DNA of 40,392 bases from a virus (lineage: Duplodnaviria > Caudoviricetes), in the IMG/VR virus record IMGVR_UViG_3300020044_007928, positions 1 to 40,392 of that record; one strand, 5' to 3'. Under the pieces are notes generated by a model. The model was given only the letters and a program-made list of their open reading frames with translations. It did not search any database and was not told the DNA's origin. Shown here in pieces: positions 28,507 to 37,863 of this stretch (within the stretch, counting starts at the first letter, position 1; the number at the start of each line of letters is the position of its first letter). Both the position numbers and the translations under genes were made by a program.

Positions 28507-29571
28507 ATGGCTTTTGAATTCGTGGAAAGCCTCCGGCAAGTAGCAAGCAGCAATCACAACATGGGTGGAAGTAAAGCCACCATGGTGGGGTTTGTCGATC
28601 CAGCCAAGTATGATTTGCCCGATGTGATTACGGAAATAATCGGAAGCTCTACCCCCAAGGGCAACGGCGCCTTGATTCGGGTGCTACCATTGGCGCACCC
28701 CCAGTTCCCGTGGTTATTCGCCGAAAACGTGGCGATCTCCGGCGTAAGCTTCGACGTGAACGGAACTACCTCGGAAGTTTATATCAACGGATTGGAAGCA
28801 CCGGCGCTTCCCAACTTCGCCAAGTATTTGCTCTACCGGTGTGAAATAACCTTTGCGCCAAGACCCTACGCTGTTTTGAGAGATACGGCAATCGAAGTCG
28901 GCAAGATGGATTGGATTGACGACAACGGAGTATCACAAAACAACACGTGGGCGAAGGAATGGGACAGGTTTGCAGACTACGACGAAGTGCCTTCCGCGGA
29001 ATTCATAACAGCGCAGCAAGGGCAATTCAAGTTTAAGGCCCAAGGCGCCGCCGGCACCAACAACCCAGACGGCGCAACGCTTCCCGGGCAGGTACGAATA
29101 ATTCAACGAAAATCAGGTCTAAAGATATTTTGGTATCAAGTACCGATTACATATTTAGAACCCAACAGCCGGCACTACGGCTACCTTTTTCAAGGCCTTG
29201 GGCACGTGAACCAGACCTACTGGAATTCATACGACCCGGGCACTCTATTGTTTCAAGGCATGACACACCGCCGGTACGTTCCAGCTTACCCGGGATTTGT
29301 GGGCCTTGGCGGCGGTGGGCCTCCGGCAATTGTTTCGCCATTGAAGCTTGTCGATCTTGAAATGACCTTCAGCAGATTCGACCCGGAAACCGACCCAGCG
29401 CACCAACCGCCGGCGGCAGTCGGTAACAACGTGACAGGTGGGCATAATCTGCTTCCGTGGTTTGGCGCCGGTGGCCGATATCATTATTACGTAGAATCGA
29501 CATTGAACAAGAAACCGATCTACCCTTCGTTCCCGTTCCAATTGTTATTTACTGACCCCGACGTGGCGTAA
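28507..29571 (+). CDS. Minor tail protein (distal tail/baseplate hub candidate)
   Basis: First gene after the tape measure; LAHPQFPWLFA motif. Confidence 0.6.
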   Translation: MAFEFVESLRQVASSNHNMGGSKATMVGFVDPAKYDLPDVITEIIGSSTPKGNGALIRVLPLAHPQFPWLFAENVAISGVSFDVNGTTSEVYINGLEAPALPNFAKYLLYRCEITFAPRPYAVLRDTAIEVGKMDWIDDNGVSQNNTWAKEWDRFADYDEVPSAEFITAQQGQFKFKAQGAAGTNNPDGATLPGQVRIIQRKSGLKIFWYQVPITYLEPNSRHYGYLFQGLGHVNQTYWNSYDPGTLLFQGMTHRRYVPAYPGFVGLGGGGPPAIVSPLKLVDLEMTFSRFDPETDPAHQPPAAVGNNVTGGHNLLPWFGAGGRYHYYVESTLNKKPIYPSFPFQLLFTDPDVA

Positions 29572-30002
29572 TGATGAAACAGGAACCTAAGCTACCATTG
29601 CTCCGGGCAGGCGAAGGCGCGACGCTTTCCATGAGCGGCAACGCAATTGAAATCGGCACCGCCGGCACCAAGGCAATAGTGGGCCGAATCACCGGCAGCT
29701 ATGGCACCAGCGAGAGCGGCAACACGATTTATATGTGGGAAGAAATGACGGTGGCCGGCACCGGGCAGGATTATGAATTGAAAGAGTTTGGAATCGTCGG
29801 CGACGGCGAAACCAACCAAGCTTTTGAAATGAACAACCTGGCGGCGGCAACCGGGAAGATTGTAAGACTTCGCATACGCGGCGCCGGAAGTGAAAACCGC
29901 GGGCAGGTGAACTATGAATTCGACATCGGCGGCGGCGGTAGTGGCTCCACCATTTCATCGGTTCAATGCGTGGGCAATATCCTATATGTGACCTACGAGT
30001 GA
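29571..30002 (+). CDS. Minor tail protein
   Basis: Coupled ORF in the tail operon. Confidence 0.6.
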   Translation: MMKQEPKLPLLRAGEGATLSMSGNAIEIGTAGTKAIVGRITGSYGTSESGNTIYMWEEMTVAGTGQDYELKEFGIVGDGETNQAFEMNNLAAATGKIVRLRIRGAGSENRGQVNYEFDIGGGGSGSTISSVQCVGNILYVTYE

Positions 30003-30006
30003 AATC

Positions 30007-30450
30007 ATGGGCGAAGTAAAGACCTTTCAATGCTGGGACAGCAAGACCTCGACCTTCTACGGCGCCCTCGCGCGCCCTTATTCGTGCTGCGGGTGGAAGG
30101 CGCCACCGTCTAGCGTAAGTGGGTTGTGGTATTGTTCCGGCGGTATCTGCGGAACATTCCCGACAACGCCAACGGCATTTACCCTACCGCTATCATCCCC
30201 ATGCGGGGACGTTTACAGCTACTTTTCCATTAGTTTACCATTTAGTTTCGCGACAACGCTTAGCCTTTGCACAGAGCCTACCGGTGCAGTGGTGGGCAAC
30301 GTCGGCGGTATTGGTCCCGGTATTTTCACACCGGCAGCCAGTGGCAACGGGTGCTCGTTTGTCGGTGGCGTTTATTATTTCACATTGGCCGGCACCCTTG
30401 TTCAAGGCGGCGCAACGTTACAGATAACCATCAACGCGGTGACAATGTGA
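30007..30450 (+). CDS. Cys-rich minor tail protein
   Basis: Tightly packed; multiple Cys including CC. Confidence 0.55.
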   Translation: MGEVKTFQCWDSKTSTFYGALARPYSCCGWKAPPSSVSGLWYCSGGICGTFPTTPTAFTLPLSSPCGDVYSYFSISLPFSFATTLSLCTEPTGAVVGNVGGIGPGIFTPAASGNGCSFVGGVYYFTLAGTLVQGGATLQITINAVTM

Positions 30451-31505
30451 ACGGATTTAAGGGCGAGCTGCTGGCCGGGAATTGTCTCAACCAAGTAGAC
30501 GCCGGATCGGCGTTTCCGTCGGTTTCGCTTCACGTGCTTTTCTACACTCGGGAAATCACGCAGCCCGTGGATTTTCAAACCGGTTTGTGTGGCAACAAGA
30601 TGATTTTGCCTCATGACGCGGCAGGCAAGAACGCAATTCCGTATGGATCGGATACCGGGCTCCCCAACGGTGTGACCTTCCGGCAGAAGGTTAAATTCGA
30701 CCTGGCAGACGTCGCGAGGTGGCTTCCGGTGGTGACGACGCCTTACAGCATCCCGGCGTATACGGTGACGTATACAGGCCCGCGGTTCACAATGCCCAAC
30801 ACCTACATCCGTTTAACCAAGCGCGGCCAAGCCAACGATCCGTTCCTTGCAGCCGGAAACGTCTATTGGCAGGATGCAACCGATACAACATGGGGCGAGG
30901 ACTGGCTCGGGAACCTTATGCCCGGCGGGTGGTGTTATAGCAACCGGCATGTGGCAGAACCTATGATGGCCGACTCGTTTTTCGAGGATTCGTTGTCAGA
31001 TGTGAACCGAAGCGGCACGGCAATACACGAAGATTTTACGCCATTTTGTGAAGCGCTCCCCGTCTACAACGAAGCCGGCGGATTGGAAGGCGCCTTCGAC
31101 GGGCTAGCATGGATCGCGTTTTGGAATTTGGGAGCGGTTAAAAATCCAGTAAAGCCCCCCGACGATATGGTCTATATCGGGCCCCCTCCGGTTCCGAAGC
31201 TTGACCCGAAGCGGCAGATATTGGTTCTCGAGGTTTGGGTCTATTTGGCCAAAAATAGCAGCGGCAAGTTCCTGAAGAGTCCGCGGGTGGCGGCGCTTCG
31301 GTATTGGACCTACACCCGAATCATCGGCGGAATAACCACCCCGTGGGACCCTTACCTGTTTTTCGGCGCCGGCGCTTCGGTGGGCGGAAGCGTGGCGATA
31401 CCGATTAAATTCCCACTACTTCAGAACGCCAACAATCCGGAGCAACTTACGGAGCAGGTGGCGTACCTTTCGCTTTCCAATCTCAAGTTTTTTATTGGTG
31501 CTTAA
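30447..31505 (+). CDS. Minor tail/tip protein
   Basis: GTGA overlap start at 30447; TAATG overlap with the next gene. Confidence 0.6.
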   Translation: MNGFKGELLAGNCLNQVDAGSAFPSVSLHVLFYTREITQPVDFQTGLCGNKMILPHDAAGKNAIPYGSDTGLPNGVTFRQKVKFDLADVARWLPVVTTPYSIPAYTVTYTGPRFTMPNTYIRLTKRGQANDPFLAAGNVYWQDATDTTWGEDWLGNLMPGGWCYSNRHVAEPMMADSFFEDSLSDVNRSGTAIHEDFTPFCEALPVYNEAGGLEGAFDGLAWIAFWNLGAVKNPVKPPDDMVYIGPPPVPKLDPKRQILVLEVWVYLAKNSSGKFLKSPRVAALRYWTYTRIIGGITTPWDPYLFFGAGASVGGSVAIPIKFPLLQNANNPEQLTEQVAYLSLSNLKFFIGA

Positions 31506-33004
31506 TGCCGTTTGAAATTGGAACCATCAACCTAATACCGCCGGAAGGGGAAGCCCGCGGGAACCACCGGTTTGCCGTGGCGCAGTATATTTGCGCACCC
31601 AGCACGGCGGGGTATTCGGTGCCGATCACGTTTGATTGTGCGCTAGCGTGTACCGCTATCGGGTGGCCGATGCAGATGGGAATACTTTACCTGACCTTCG
31701 CGCGCGACCCGTCTACGTGCCCTTCGGTGGGCACTGGCCCTTCCCGATACATCCCCCAGCCGGTAACTATGGGCCTCGGGTGTTTGCCACAGACGCCGGT
31801 CCCGGAAGGCATTTGGCAGGGCGAAGCGAACCTATCAACCATCCTGATTGCAGGCACTCCAAGTTATGGCATGAGCTGGCGCTTCCGGGCCGTCATGGTG
31901 GTAAATCCAGACGCAAGCCTCGGCCTATCGGTGACCATGGAGCGCCTGGTGCCGGCGGTAGAATTCGCACCCCCGCCGGCGGATGGAAGCAACACCTACG
32001 TTACCTGCGGAACCTTCGGCGTTACGCTTAACAGGATCTTGGACCCATTGGCGGACCCTCTCGACAGGAACACAACGTGGGTGATGGGCCACCCCGACCC
32101 GATACCGTTCACACCTTCCGGCGGCTATTGCGAGACAGACATACGCTCGGCGACGGCAACCATTCAGCTTATGCCCTACCGTTTGGGATGTAATGGCAAG
32201 GCGGAGAATGGCCCCTTGTCAGATTGCAGCATGGACACCGGGAAGCGCACCTACTCTTGTTTGGCGGCGCTAGTCAAACCCGCGGCACCCGGAACCTTCA
32301 GGCCCCAGTGGAGCCAATTGGGCGTGAACCGCACCGGTGGCCGGATGGGATGCTTCCGCGGGAATAATTCGGGCACCGGATTGTTGCCACCGGTGGCGGC
32401 AAACCTCAGCCCAACGCCGATATACCCAAGCCTGGCGGACCTTCTCAACGTCGGGTGCGGCGGCGAAGACCCGGTGAACGGCGCCGAAAAACAACAGATA
32501 CAATACACGTCGGTGGCCGGTTTCGATTTAGTGGTTAAATCCGTGGCCAAGGGCGCCCCATGCGTGGCAATCCGGATTCCCGGCGGCGCTTGGACCGTCG
32601 GCACCTATACGCTTGACCTTGGCGTGCTGGCCGATAGCGGGCATTGGGTGGCGACGGTGACGTTTGGCGGCGTGGCAGGCAATCCGGTAGTGATTTTATA
32701 CGGGCTAGAATTCCCGTCGGGAGTTACCGCGGAATGCGTGGACAATGCGGTAGCACCATACGCAATGGTGGCACCCATGGAGCCAGCGGCAACGTATCAG
32801 GTGGAACGGCTGGCAATCATCGAGCGCATGAAAACCCGGGCCGCTACCGCATGCGTGCACCTCGGGGAACTGATTGACCCGAAGCCGGCGTGTGGGTGTT
32901 CGGCGCTCCACTCATGCACCATTCACGGGGAGTGCGTGCGGTTCGGCGCGCAAGGCAGCCGGTTCAAGTCGTGCTCGGATTGCAGCGACTACCGGCAACC
33001 ATGA
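31505..33004 (+). CDS. Cys-rich tail tip/receptor-binding candidate
   Basis: 499 aa, many Cys; C-terminal CVHLG..CGC..HSCTIHGEC..CSDC cluster. Confidence 0.6.
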   Translation: MPFEIGTINLIPPEGEARGNHRFAVAQYICAPSTAGYSVPITFDCALACTAIGWPMQMGILYLTFARDPSTCPSVGTGPSRYIPQPVTMGLGCLPQTPVPEGIWQGEANLSTILIAGTPSYGMSWRFRAVMVVNPDASLGLSVTMERLVPAVEFAPPPADGSNTYVTCGTFGVTLNRILDPLADPLDRNTTWVMGHPDPIPFTPSGGYCETDIRSATATIQLMPYRLGCNGKAENGPLSDCSMDTGKRTYSCLAALVKPAAPGTFRPQWSQLGVNRTGGRMGCFRGNNSGTGLLPPVAANLSPTPIYPSLADLLNVGCGGEDPVNGAEKQQIQYTSVAGFDLVVKSVAKGAPCVAIRIPGGAWTVGTYTLDLGVLADSGHWVATVTFGGVAGNPVVILYGLEFPSGVTAECVDNAVAPYAMVAPMEPAATYQVERLAIIERMKTRAATACVHLGELIDPKPACGCSALHSCTIHGECVRFGAQGSRFKSCSDCSDYRQP

Positions 33005-33036
33005 TATGATGGGCGCCAAACCTTCGGAGTACGTAG

Positions 33037-33294
33037 ATGGACCCGACATGGATTCAAACCGTAGGACTGCCGACGGCGGCATTGGTGGCAATTGGCTACG
33101 GCGTTTGGTCTACCTCGCAGTGGATCGCCCAACACCTTATCATCCCCATTCGTGACAGACACTTTGAGTTCTTGCACAGTCTAAGCCAAACCCTTGAAAC
33201 AATCGCAACAACACAGGAACACATGGCGCGGGAAATTACCGAGCTGGCCCGTTCCAACACCGAAATCTCGCGCATGAATGGGGCAAAACAATGA
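33037..33294 (+). CDS. Holin-like small membrane protein
   Basis: One N-terminal TM helix (VGLPTAALVAIGYGVW) + coiled coil; first gene after the tail module. Confidence 0.55.
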   Translation: MDPTWIQTVGLPTAALVAIGYGVWSTSQWIAQHLIIPIRDRHFEFLHSLSQTLETIATTQEHMAREITELARSNTEISRMNGAKQ

Positions 33295-33944
33295 CGTGGT
33301 TAATACTGGCAGCCCTGGCGGCAGACCCTACGGTGAGCCTACCGCCGGCGGTAGCGGCGAGGCCGGGGCGCCTAGTGCAGATTGCAGCGCGCACAGATTG
33401 CAAGCTTGTTAGGTGGTACCTGGCGGGAGACGATGCCGATCTTATCGTCATGGAAAGCACCCGAAGCGCAATCTTTTCAGCCATGGCGCCGGGGCGGTAC
33501 AAGATCTTGGCGTGGACCGCGGCGGGAGACGCCCCCAGCGAGGCGGCGGTATGCGTGGTAACGGTGGGCAGCGCTCCACCGGCGCCACCCGGGCCAGTGG
33601 TGCCAACGGACCCGCTAGCGGTGGCATTGCAGGCGCTGCTTGAAGTTAATCAAGACCCAGACAAGGCAAAGCAAGTGGCGGTATTGGCCGACGTATACCG
33701 CCGGGCAGCCAAGGCGGTAACAGATCCCGAGATCAAAACAGCCGGCGACCTGTTCACGTTTGCGCGCCGGCAGGCCCTAGCGACATTGCCACCCATGGCG
33801 CTAGAAGCCATTCGCAATAGATTGGGAGAGGAACTAGCGGCGGTATTGCCGACAGACCCAGACGCGGCGCTCACCCCTACTATTCGCACCGCGGCGACGG
33901 AAATTTACAGCCGGCTGGCAAAAATCTTGGAGAGCTTGAAATGA
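33291..33944 (+). CDS. Exported protein (signal peptide, Ig-like domain, Pro linker, helical domain)
   Basis: MTWLILAALAA-D signal peptide; PPAPPGPVVP linker. Confidence 0.7.
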   Translation: MTWLILAALAADPTVSLPPAVAARPGRLVQIAARTDCKLVRWYLAGDDADLIVMESTRSAIFSAMAPGRYKILAWTAAGDAPSEAAVCVVTVGSAPPAPPGPVVPTDPLAVALQALLEVNQDPDKAKQVAVLADVYRRAAKAVTDPEIKTAGDLFTFARRQALATLPPMALEAIRNRLGEELAAVLPTDPDAALTPTIRTAATEIYSRLAKILESLK

Positions 33945-34828
33945 TGGTCGATTATGTGCCGGGGTGGGTGGACGATCCCGAAGCGGTGGCGGTGGTGGCC
34001 GGCGCCCAGCCGTTCCCGTTTTTCAGCATGACGCCCGCGGCGGAGCGAGAAACCATACCGCCGGAAGCCTTCCTCTGGAAAGCCCGCGAGACCATCACCG
34101 GCAAGCCGTGGCCGGGCAGGAATCAGGGACAGGTGGGAAGCTGCGTAGCGTTTGGGACCGCGGCAGCTATCGAGGCAACGATGGCCGCAGAAATCCTGGC
34201 CGGCGAAGCGGAAGGCATTAAGGACCTGGCGCAAGAAGTCATTTACGCTGGAAGCCGGGTAGAAGTGGGCGGCGGCAGGATTAGCGGTGACGGTTCGGTA
34301 GGCGCGTGGGCCGCGGAGTTTGTGCGGCGGTGGGGCGTCGTGGATCGGGAAGTCTACGGCGCCGAAGATTTGCGCCAATACGATGAAACACGGTGCCGGC
34401 AATGGGGACGGACTGGTGTACCCGACAGCATTGAGACGGTGGCGCGCCTTCACCCGGTGCGGGCCGTTACGCTGGTGAAAGACTTCCGGCAGGCTTGCCA
34501 AGCCTTGGCTAGCGGGTACGGAATCGCAATCTGTTCAAGTCGCGGGTTTGTGTTCCAGCGAGATGCCGACGGCTTCGCACGCCCCGCGGGAAACTGGCAG
34601 CACTGCATGGCGCTTATCGGCTACAAGAACGGCAGCAGGCCCGGCGGCTTTATCTGTAACAGTTGGGGCGACAACAAGCACACCGGACCCTTGGGCGCCG
34701 GCAACCCGCCGGCTTGTGGGTTTTGGGCTGATGCCGAGATTGTTGATAGAATGCTAGGCGCGGGGGATTCGTGGGCCTTTTCTGGTTTGGATGGATTCCC
34801 GGCGCGTCGAATCAATTGGAGTATCTGA
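33941..34828 (+). CDS. Papain-like (C1) cysteine peptidase
   Basis: NQGQVGSCVAF (oxyanion Q, catalytic C), QHCMALIGY (catalytic H), ICNSWG (catalytic N). Confidence 0.9.
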   Translation: MMVDYVPGWVDDPEAVAVVAGAQPFPFFSMTPAAERETIPPEAFLWKARETITGKPWPGRNQGQVGSCVAFGTAAAIEATMAAEILAGEAEGIKDLAQEVIYAGSRVEVGGGRISGDGSVGAWAAEFVRRWGVVDREVYGAEDLRQYDETRCRQWGRTGVPDSIETVARLHPVRAVTLVKDFRQACQALASGYGIAICSSRGFVFQRDADGFARPAGNWQHCMALIGYKNGSRPGGFICNSWGDNKHTGPLGAGNPPACGFWADAEIVDRMLGAGDSWAFSGLDGFPARRINWSI

Positions 34829-35157
34829 TGATGCTTACCCCATACCCAACCGACTTCCCAACCTATGCCTTAGGCCTGCTTGTGGATTGCGTCAAGGGCG
34901 GCGACATTCCCGCGCCGGTGCTGGTCCATGCGTGCTGGAATGTGGCAGGTTATGCCCTAGCGCAAACCCTTGGCGGTGGGCCCCTGATTACAGCCGACCC
35001 GGTGGCCGACAACCTGCAAACCGCCGGCGACCTGGCGGTGCTTGAGGCAGCTATCGAACAAGAACCGACTTGCGCGCAAGCGGTGCAAGGCCTGTTCCCG
35101 TGGTCATTGGTTTTGAGCATCGCAATTCGGATTCTCACCAAGCAATTGGGGCTCTGA
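34828..35157 (+). CDS. Hypothetical protein with hydrophobic C-terminus
   Basis: TGATG overlap with the peptidase; GGAG SD. Confidence 0.6.
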   Translation: MMLTPYPTDFPTYALGLLVDCVKGGDIPAPVLVHACWNVAGYALAQTLGGGPLITADPVADNLQTAGDLAVLEAAIEQEPTCAQAVQGLFPWSLVLSIAIRILTKQLGL

Positions 35158-35159
35158 TT

Positions 35160-35480
35160 ATGAAATTTGCAGCCATTAACGCAAGCGCCAGCGGCGCCAA
35201 CGCAATTGTTGCAGCCGTTACCGGTAAGCGAATCCGGGTGGTTTCCTATGTCATCGTTGCAGCCGGTGCGGTAACGGCGACTTGGCAATCGGCATCAACG
35301 GCACTATCGGGCCCGATGAGCCTTGCAAGTTCCGGCGGCGCCTCGGCATCGGTGGGAATCCTTGCACCTGGCGGCGCGTATGGTCTATTTCAAACGGAAC
35401 CCGGCGAAGCTTTAAATCTTAGCCTCGGTGGCGCGGTAAACGTTGCCGGGCATTTGTGTTATATTGAAGTCAACGTATAA
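35160..35480 (+). CDS. Small beta-rich virion protein (paralogue of 20825..21145)
   Basis: MKFAAINASASGANAIVAAVTGKRIRVV...LFQTEPGEALNL. Confidence 0.7.
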   Translation: MKFAAINASASGANAIVAAVTGKRIRVVSYVIVAAGAVTATWQSASTALSGPMSLASSGGASASVGILAPGGAYGLFQTEPGEALNLSLGGAVNVAGHLCYIEVNV

Positions 35481-35492
35481 CGGAGCGGAAGT

Positions 35493-35927
35493 ATGCCAGA
35501 TATTGACCTCGGCGGCGGCAACACGTTTTCAGCGAACAACGGCGGAGTGAGCCAAAACGATCACGACAGGAACCTCGCTTTGGCAATTGAAATGCGGGAA
35601 ATGGAAGTTTACCAGTATCAAATTAACATCGCAAATTATGAAGGAATTTTGGCAAGCCTTCCACCGGCGCAACCTTGGCCCCAACGGCTTCAATCCTACC
35701 GCGGCATGAGTCGGGACCAACTAGCGGCAAACATCGAAAGCGATGCGGACCTCGAATTAGCTTCCCAACTATCTTTCAGGGATGAAATTAGACTGCGAAT
35801 CAGGACGGAGCGCATGGAATGCGCCAAGTCCCGAGCCATGCTTGAAACCGCAGTAGCAAGCGCTCCGGATATCGCAAAAATCAGGGCGTTGATTACAGAA
35901 ATCAAAGCGGCGCGAGTCAATTCATAG
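35493..35927 (+). CDS. Hypothetical helical protein
   Basis: GGAG SD; tightly packed before the propeller gene. Confidence 0.65.
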   Translation: MPDIDLGGGNTFSANNGGVSQNDHDRNLALAIEMREMEVYQYQINIANYEGILASLPPAQPWPQRLQSYRGMSRDQLAANIESDADLELASQLSFRDEIRLRIRTERMECAKSRAMLETAVASAPDIAKIRALITEIKAARVNS

Positions 35928-35934
35928 GTGACGT

Positions 35935-36999
35935 ATGCCACAAGAAATAATAGTAGGGCACGCAATAACCCCTTTTGTTTCGGCATACCCATGGTCAGCT
36001 AGCGGGTTTGGCGCCAAGTTTGCCAACCCTTCGGTGCTTCCGAGCGGTGCGTGCTATTCTGTTAGCCCAACGCTTGGCGCCGTTGTTTTGGGTTCAATTT
36101 CGACACCTTCGCTTGCAGCCTACGCGTTTTCTAGCGGTGGTTGGGGTTCTAAGTATTCAAACCCAGCCGTTGCACCTGATGGTTCGTATGGAGTGGCGTA
36201 TCATCCAAGCGGAAATTATATTGCCTCCACAGGATCGGCAAGTCCGCGAATCCATGCCTATTTATGGTCGATTTCCGGGTTCGGCACTAAGTTTGCCAAC
36301 CCATCAACGGTGCCAACCGGGCAAGCCTACGCAATTGATTTTGCCGAATCTCAAGTAATAGTTGCTCACGCAACAACCCCTTTCGTTTCAGCCTATCCAT
36401 GGTCGGCTTCTGGGTTTGGAACCAAGTTTGCCAACCCGGGTTCTTTGCCTCCGGCGGACTGTTACAGCGTTTCGTTTTCTTCCTCCTATTCCGAAGTTGT
36501 TTTAGGGCACAGCACTAGCCCTCACGTTTCGGGCTATCCGTGGTCATCTTCCGGGTTTGGCACTAAGTTTGGCAACGCTAGCCCTTTGCCCGGCAGCGCC
36601 AATTCAGTGCGAATCAAAAATAATATATTGGCCGTCACTATTAGCGGGACACCGTATTTGCGCGCATACGGATGGTCTTCTTCTGGTTATGGTTCTCAAT
36701 ACTCCTCCCCTTCTTCTCTTGCGACTGGGTCGGGCAACAACGCAGCTATTTCAAATTCCATCGCATTGGCTCACAGCACAACGCCTTTTATTAGCGCGTG
36801 GGATATTGGTTACGTTACCAAATTTGCAAACCCATCGACATTGCCAACAGGTAACGGGCAGAGCGTCGCATTTACCCCAGAAACAACACCGGGAAACGCA
36901 ACCGGCGCCGGAGTAGGTATTGCAATTGCTAGAGCAGAAGGCAATGCTATCGGCACCATTGTTGCCGGTGGCGGCATGTTGTTACTCGGCGTGGGGTAG
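35935..36999 (+). CDS. Seven-repeat beta-propeller protein (adhesin candidate)
   Basis: Seven ~43-aa repeats of consensus VxHxTTPFVSAYPWSxSGFGTKFANPxxLP. Confidence 0.8.
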   Translation: MPQEIIVGHAITPFVSAYPWSASGFGAKFANPSVLPSGACYSVSPTLGAVVLGSISTPSLAAYAFSSGGWGSKYSNPAVAPDGSYGVAYHPSGNYIASTGSASPRIHAYLWSISGFGTKFANPSTVPTGQAYAIDFAESQVIVAHATTPFVSAYPWSASGFGTKFANPGSLPPADCYSVSFSSSYSEVVLGHSTSPHVSGYPWSSSGFGTKFGNASPLPGSANSVRIKNNILAVTISGTPYLRAYGWSSSGYGSQYSSPSSLATGSGNNAAISNSIALAHSTTPFISAWDIGYVTKFANPSTLPTGNGQSVAFTPETTPGNATGAGVGIAIARAEGNAIGTIVAGGGMLLLGVG

Positions 37000-37002
37000 T
37001 CT

Positions 37003-37254
37003 ATGGGATGGTTCCTATTTGCGGCGCTTGTAATGGCGCCAGCACAGAGCGCGCAATCTTCGGCCCAAGCCTCAGCACAGGCAGGGCGAATGGCCCACAG
37101 GGGCGGCAGTTACCGCTATGAAGGCGTGGGGTTCTCAGCGGCAAGCGCCGGGCAAGCTATCCGGAATTGTTGCTACTATGGGCAGCGGGTGCCAATTGAA
37201 ATCGGTGTGGCGCGTGGTCGAAATGGCTGGTATGCGTGTGTGAGGTACCGATGA
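37003..37254 (+). CDS. Small exported CAP/SCP-like protein
   Basis: Signal peptide; MAH.G...EGVG.....AIRNCCY.....IGVARGRNGWYAC resembles a minimal CAP fold. Confidence 0.6.
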   Translation: MGWFLFAALVMAPAQSAQSSAQASAQAGRMAHRGGSYRYEGVGFSAASAGQAIRNCCYYGQRVPIEIGVARGRNGWYACVRYR

Positions 37255-37424
37255 TTGCTATCGTCTGGTTTGCCCTAGCGGCGCCACCATGTCCGACATG
37301 ACCCGGGGCGCCTTCACCGGTTCGGCGGTACGTCGCACCGATAAGGAAGCCTATCGCAAGGCCAACACCAAGGCCCGGGCCCACCAAGCCGGCGCCGATC
37401 ACTTGGCAGGTGCGGCATGATTGA
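37251..37424 (+). CDS. Candidate UGA-readthrough (CxxU) small exported protein; alternatively two tiny ORFs
   Basis: MIAIVWFALAAPPCPT-UGA(37299)-PGAPSP...QVRHD; spans the gap with overlaps at both ends. Confidence 0.3.
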
Positions 37425-37731
37425 CGGCCTGCTTACTTCCACCATGCGAATGATCTTCGGGGCGCCTCGGGCCTCGGGGTGGAGTGCTCTTCGCAACCGG
37501 ACCCTTAAGGGCGCCGATTGTTTGGCATGCGGCACGGATCGGGACCTTGAAGCCCATCACCTGGTACCGGTGCACATTGCGCCGGAATTAGAATTAGAGC
37601 CCACCAACCTGGTACCGCTTTGCAGGGATTGCCACTTCATCTTCGGGCACTTGAAGTCGTGGACCAGCTACAACGAACACGTGATTCAGGACGCCGGCAA
37701 CTACCGGCGGCGCCTCGAATGCAGGCCTTGA
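37417..37731 (+). CDS. HNH endonuclease
   Basis: CLACG..LEAHHLVP...NLVPLCRDCH..FGH. Confidence 0.88.
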   Translation: MIDGLLTSTMRMIFGAPRASGWSALRNRTLKGADCLACGTDRDLEAHHLVPVHIAPELELEPTNLVPLCRDCHFIFGHLKSWTSYNEHVIQDAGNYRRRLECRP

Positions 37732-37734
37732 ACG

Positions 37735-37755
37735 TTGTTTGGCCCACCCAAACAA
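37735..37755. promoter_or_regulatory. Inverted-repeat site TTGTTTGG-N5-CCAAACAA (copy 1)
   Basis: Perfect 8-bp arms; same motif at 38499-38519, degenerate copies at 37821 and 38567. Confidence 0.55.
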
Positions 37756-37863
37756 CAAACCCTACCCCGTGGAAATCGTAAACTAACATACGCAAACCAT
37801 TACAACGCAAGGCCTTATGGTTGTTTGGCATATGCAAACAGCCTAAACTAACAAGGGGCGCCG

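Noticed and set aside
35935-36999. Diversity-generating retroelement target/template pair
   Set aside because: The repeats are propeller blades diverged at all bases, not adenine-specific; no reverse transcriptase in the genome
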